A DNA stretch of 64,000 nucleotides from Bacteroidia bacterium (GTDB lineage Bacteria; Bacteroidota; Bacteroidia; AKYH767-A; OLB10): positions 930,341 through 994,340 of the forward strand of contig JAXLTL010000001.1 of assembly GCA_046330075.1 (NCBI GenBank), given 5' to 3'. A program made the translations under genes and the position numbers. This document shows positions 60,228 to 64,000 of the stretch, piece after piece. Below the pieces are notes generated by a model that was given only the letters and a program-made list of their open reading frames with translations, ran no database searches and was not told the DNA's origin. Every line of letters starts with the position of its first letter. Positions within the stretch are counted from its first letter, which is position 1.

Positions 60228-61820
60228 CTATTCTTCAATTATTATCATTTCACTGCTGAACGGCTCCATCAGCGTCAGCAAGGCCTGCACCAGTGCATCT
60301 CCGTGACGCGGATAAAACTGAAAAATGTTCACCAGCCGCTCCTGTGGTGTATCATTCGGACTCGCTTTTTCAAGGATATTCCGGATCTGATTGAGTGCTA
60401 CTTCATGCTTTCTTTTTAGTGCAGCATTTCCTTTGCGCATCAGATTTTCGAGACTGTTAACGGCCTTCTGCGCTTCCGCCTTAACAGAAGGTGCCAGTGT
60501 GGGATCAATTGATTCAAAGGAAGCAGCGAGCGCATCAAATACCTGTTGTAACGATTGCCGGGTCTCCTCCATCTTCGATGAAAGATCTTCCTGAGACGAC
60601 AGCCATTCACGACTCAGCACATCAAATGCACGAAAGACGTCTTTGTTATCAAATCCCATTTGAATAAACTTCCCGAGCATACGCGAAGGCAGAATAACTC
60701 CATTGTTCCTTGGCACAAGCATCGGATAGAATACCTGGTAATGTTCAAACGTGGACTTTAACTGCAGCCAATAAGCGATTTCGCCGGGACCACCAATATA
60801 GGCGATATTGGGCAGTATGATTTCCTGATAAACCGGCCGCAAGATCACATTCGGGCTGAATCGCTCCGGTTGACGGTCAGCAAGGTCAAGAATAAATTCC
60901 TTTGAAAAATCAAGATCGGTATTTACAATATCATAATGTCCGCGTTCATCGCGAACGATTCTTTCTCTCAATTGATCATCCAGATAAAACAGATTAATTT
61001 CCCTCGGATTCACCTGCAGTTTGTAATTGCGGCTCAACTTTTCGTTGGTAGCCACCAGCAGCTGAAAGGAGGGCTGAATAGCCAATTCCTGATGAATGAC
61101 ATTACGCAGGAACTTTTTCAATGAAGGGCGGTCCGCATCCAGCACCAGCAAGCCTTCCTGAGCAAAGAACTGTAAGGCAAAAGCCCGTGTGGCATCTGCC
61201 AGATTCGTTTCACCAAGATACGCTCTCTCCAATAAAGCAATAGCATTGTCTGCAAACTGATCATTGGCGAATAAAGATTTAAGTTCTGACAAAAATGTAT
61301 CCAGTCCTGCTGTCGACATTCGCCCTGTTGCACCGGTCTGATGTGATGACCATCGTATCGTTTTACCATGCAGAAAAACATGGTTTACCTCATCCAGATC
61401 ATGATCCTCTGCACCAAGCCAGAAAACAGGAACGAAATGATAGTCGCTGTATTTTTCATTGAGCCTGTGTGCAAGATTAATCGTCGTGATCAGTTTATAA
61501 AAAAAGAACATGGGTCCGCCGGCCAGACAAGGCTGATGACCTGTTGTAACAGTAAATGTATTGTTACTCCGGAGTGTATTGATCTGTTGTTCCAGCTGTG
61601 GATATTTCCCGAACCAGGCTCTGTGCTGATCAGTCAGTTCGCCGGCAAGTTCTTCGCGATGAAAAGGAAACTCCATCCGGTCACGGATAGCGTCAGGAAA
61701 TGATTCTATTGCCGGTATATATTTGTAAAATTCACGGAGCAGAGGATGGCCTTCCAGATAGTCCATCATCATCTTTCCGTAGATTCCGGTTTCTGACAGC
61801 GGAAGTTTATGCGCTTTCAT
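60228..61820 (-). CDS. bshC: bacillithiol biosynthesis cysteine-adding enzyme BshC
   Basis: 530 aa. N-terminal ...GIYGKMMMDYLEGHPLLREFYKY... matches the BshC family pattern. C-terminal coiled-coil. Confidence 0.6.
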   Translation of the reverse strand: MKAHKLPLSETGIYGKMMMDYLEGHPLLREFYKYIPAIESFPDAIRDRMEFPFHREELAGELTDQHRAWFGKYPQLEQQINTLRSNNTFTVTTGHQPCLAGGPMFFFYKLITTINLAHRLNEKYSDYHFVPVFWLGAEDHDLDEVNHVFLHGKTIRWSSHQTGATGRMSTAGLDTFLSELKSLFANDQFADNAIALLERAYLGETNLADATRAFALQFFAQEGLLVLDADRPSLKKFLRNVIHQELAIQPSFQLLVATNEKLSRNYKLQVNPREINLFYLDDQLRERIVRDERGHYDIVNTDLDFSKEFILDLADRQPERFSPNVILRPVYQEIILPNIAYIGGPGEIAYWLQLKSTFEHYQVFYPMLVPRNNGVILPSRMLGKFIQMGFDNKDVFRAFDVLSREWLSSQEDLSSKMEETRQSLQQVFDALAASFESIDPTLAPSVKAEAQKAVNSLENLMRKGNAALKRKHEVALNQIRNILEKASPNDTPQERLVNIFQFYPRHGDALVQALLTLMEPFSSEMIIIEE

Positions 61821-61829
61821 ACAAGATGA

Positions 61830-63143
61830 TTAGCCGGCGATTTCACCATAGAGGTCGAAGGCTGCTGTAGAAGTAATCTTCACATCAGCAAAATCTCCCA
61901 CACGAATATACGTTTCTTTCGCCGAAACCAGCACCTCGTTGTCAACTTCCGGAGAATCAAACTCTGTGCGGCCAACAAAATAATCTCCTTCTTTACGGTC
62001 AAACAGCACTTTGAATACCTGTCCAACCTTCTGCGCATTGATATCTTCAGAGATCTCCTGCTGCACAGCCATCACAGCTTCTGCACGTTCCTGTTTAACT
62101 TCATCCGGCACATCATCGTTCAGTGAATAGGCATGTGTATTTTCCTCATGAGAGTAAGTAAAAATACCCAGACGATCGAACCTTGCTTTCTCCACGAAAC
62201 GCAGCATGGCCTCATGATCGGCTTCAGTTTCGCCCGGATACCCGGCAATCATGGTTGTGCGCAACGCAATACCCGGCACTTTCTCCCTGAAACGGTCAAT
62301 CAGTTCATAGGTCTTTGCTTCTGTCGTACCACGGCGCATCGACTTCAGCATATGGTCAGAAATATGCTGGAGTGGTATATCGATGTATTTGCAAATGTTC
62401 TCCCTTTCACGCATCACATCCAGTACATCTTCCGGAAACCCACTGGGAAATGCGTAATGCAGGCGTATCCATCCGATGCCTTCTACATCGCTCAGCCGCG
62501 CCATCAGTTCAGCCAGCTTCCGGTCTTTGTAAATGTCCAGTCCATAATAGGTAGAATCCTGCGCAATGAGCAATAACTCTCTGGTGCCGGCAGCCGCAAG
62601 GCTTTTTGCCTCCTTCACCAGTTCATCCATTGGGCGTGATACATGCTTACCACGCATCAGCGGAATCGCACAAAAAGAACAGGGGCGATCACAGCCTTCA
62701 GAGATTTTCATGTAGGCAAAGTGGCGGGGAGTAGTAAGCAATCGTTCGCCGATCAGCTCGTGCTTGTAATCGGCGCCCAGCGTTTTCAACAACAAGGGAA
62801 GGTCACGTGTGCCGAAATAGGCGTCCACATTGGATATTTCTTTTTCCAGATCAGGTTTATATCGTTCCGAGAGGCAACCTGTTACAATCAGCCGGTCGAT
62901 TTTACCCTGTTCTTTCTTTTTTGCGTAGTGCAGAATCGTATCCACAGATTCCTGCTTTGCATTGTCGATGAAGCCACAGGTGTTGATGATTACGATGGAT
63001 GCATCATTTCTGGAACTTTCGTGCACTACTTCAAAATCGTTTGCACGTAACTGACCCATCATTACTTCTGAGTCAACGAGATTCTTCGAGCATCCCAGTG
63101 TGATGACGTTGACTTTATTTTGCCTGAGCGTTTTGGTTTTCAC
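61830..63143 (-). CDS. rimO: ribosomal protein S12 methylthiotransferase RimO (radical SAM MTTase)
   Basis: UPF0004 N-domain Cys triad (LGCSKN, NTCGF, TGCL). Radical SAM CDRPCSFC. TRAM C-terminus. Confidence 0.85.
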   Translation of the reverse strand: MKTKTLRQNKVNVITLGCSKNLVDSEVMMGQLRANDFEVVHESSRNDASIVIINTCGFIDNAKQESVDTILHYAKKKEQGKIDRLIVTGCLSERYKPDLEKEISNVDAYFGTRDLPLLLKTLGADYKHELIGERLLTTPRHFAYMKISEGCDRPCSFCAIPLMRGKHVSRPMDELVKEAKSLAAAGTRELLLIAQDSTYYGLDIYKDRKLAELMARLSDVEGIGWIRLHYAFPSGFPEDVLDVMRERENICKYIDIPLQHISDHMLKSMRRGTTEAKTYELIDRFREKVPGIALRTTMIAGYPGETEADHEAMLRFVEKARFDRLGIFTYSHEENTHAYSLNDDVPDEVKQERAEAVMAVQQEISEDINAQKVGQVFKVLFDRKEGDYFVGRTEFDSPEVDNEVLVSAKETYIRVGDFADVKITSTAAFDLYGEIAG

Positions 63144-63145
63144 TT

Positions 63146-63643
63146 TTAGTAAAAGACGTTAAATTTCGATTTGTCGAATGGAATAATTGTTTCCTGCGGC
63201 ACCATTGAATTGACAAGTTCAAAGACCCTGTTGTATAGTCCAACCCAGGCATTGGTTGCCTTTGAGACATACGTTGTTTCTTTTCTCGTTATCATCAGGT
63301 CGATGGAGCGGGGATAATGCTGCTCATCAATGATGGTGTAATTACTGTAATCATCGAAGTATACTTCACGCAAGGAGTCGACGGGAAACTTCGAAACAAA
63401 GTCGGCTACCGACTTTTTCTCTGCTGCTGTCAGCTTACGGTTCAGATAATTTACATGGGTGCGGCCGTTGTCTGAAACGGCAGTGATTACCAGGCTATCA
63501 TTCGTAAAACGATAGTTCTGTTCCATGTTCATCCTTCCCATGTTATCACGTATCACGACTTCGAAAGTCTGTGCTTCTGCCGACAACATCGCCATGCAAA
63601 GAATCAGGGCTGCAGTTATTGATTTCATCCTTTTATTTTTCAT
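63146..63643 (-). CDS. hypothetical secreted protein
   Basis: Signal peptide MKNKRMKSITAALILCMAMLSAEAQ. The start overlaps the ftsY stop by 11 nt. Confidence 0.45.
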   Translation of the reverse strand: MKNKRMKSITAALILCMAMLSAEAQTFEVVIRDNMGRMNMEQNYRFTNDSLVITAVSDNGRTHVNYLNRKLTAAEKKSVADFVSKFPVDSLREVYFDDYSNYTIIDEQHYPRSIDLMITRKETTYVSKATNAWVGLYNRVFELVNSMVPQETIIPFDKSKFNVFY

Positions 63644-64000
63644 CACTGAAGAGCGAATTAACGAATTCATTTCTGTCGAATAACTGAAGATCCTCCATTT
63701 TTTCACCAACACCGATATATTTAACCGGCACTTTGAACTGATCAGAAACGCCAATGACCACTCCACCCTTGGCAGTGCCATCCAGCTTGGTCAGCGCCAG
63801 TGCATTCACCTCTGTTGCTGCAATAAACTGTTTTGCCTGCTCAAACGCATTCTGTCCGGTGGAAGCATCCAGCACCAGCAAAATTTCATGTGGTGCATCC
63901 GGAATCACTTTCTGCATCACCCGTTTGATCTTCGACAATTCATTCATCAGATTGATTTTATTGTGAAGGCGTCCTGCGGTATCAATGATACACACATCGG
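63633..64000 (-). CDS. ftsY: signal recognition particle receptor FtsY, C-terminal part; the gene continues past the window end
   Basis: SRP-GTPase G4/G5 region DTAGRLH..LTKLDGTAKGG. Ends ~120 aa after DTAGR with no M-domain, so FtsY rather than Ffh. Confidence 0.8.
   Translation of the reverse strand, partial: DVCIIDTAGRLHNKINLMNELSKIKRVMQKVIPDAPHEILLVLDASTGQNAFEQAKQFIAATEVNALALTKLDGTAKGGVVIGVSDQFKVPVKYIGVGEKMEDLQLFDRNEFVNSLFSDEK

Overview
This is a 64-kb chromosomal window from a Bacteroidota genome, probably Chitinophagia/Sphingobacteriia-like: about 47% GC, many proteins carrying T9SS (Por) C-terminal sorting domains, Bat aerotolerance genes, and a Rho with a long N-terminal insertion. 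It contains roughly 55 protein genes, mostly housekeeping: valS, aroC, rho, rimO, bshC, a partial ftsY, an OmpR-type two-component pair, a GH13 amylase, an MFS transporter, a DAACS symporter, an ABC-F ATPase and a Mur ligase. The first ~12 kb is an accessory tRNA-Ala(GGC)-adjacent island holding: (1) a tandem array of tRNA-Ala-derived 125-bp repeats whose third copy is interrupted by a GIY-YIG nuclease ORF; (2) three paralogous secreted T9SS cargo genes (the third lies at 39.1-40.7 kb) with near-identical 3' ends; (3) an IS4-like element with 28-bp inverted repeats, next to a beta-helix T9SS cargo gene that has lost its signal peptide; (4) two tandem ~500-bp cassette units that each regenerate the last ~66 nt of the cargo-gene CTD and carry hairpins with compensatory substitutions. 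That last feature is the most interesting: it looks like a structured-RNA or satellite mini-element targeting the 3' end of the T9SS cargo family. An IS3-family element with an A_AAA_AAA frameshift site sits inside a 30-bp minisatellite. An 8-copy tandem repeat lies directly downstream of rho. No CRISPR array, rRNA or canonical defence operon was seen.
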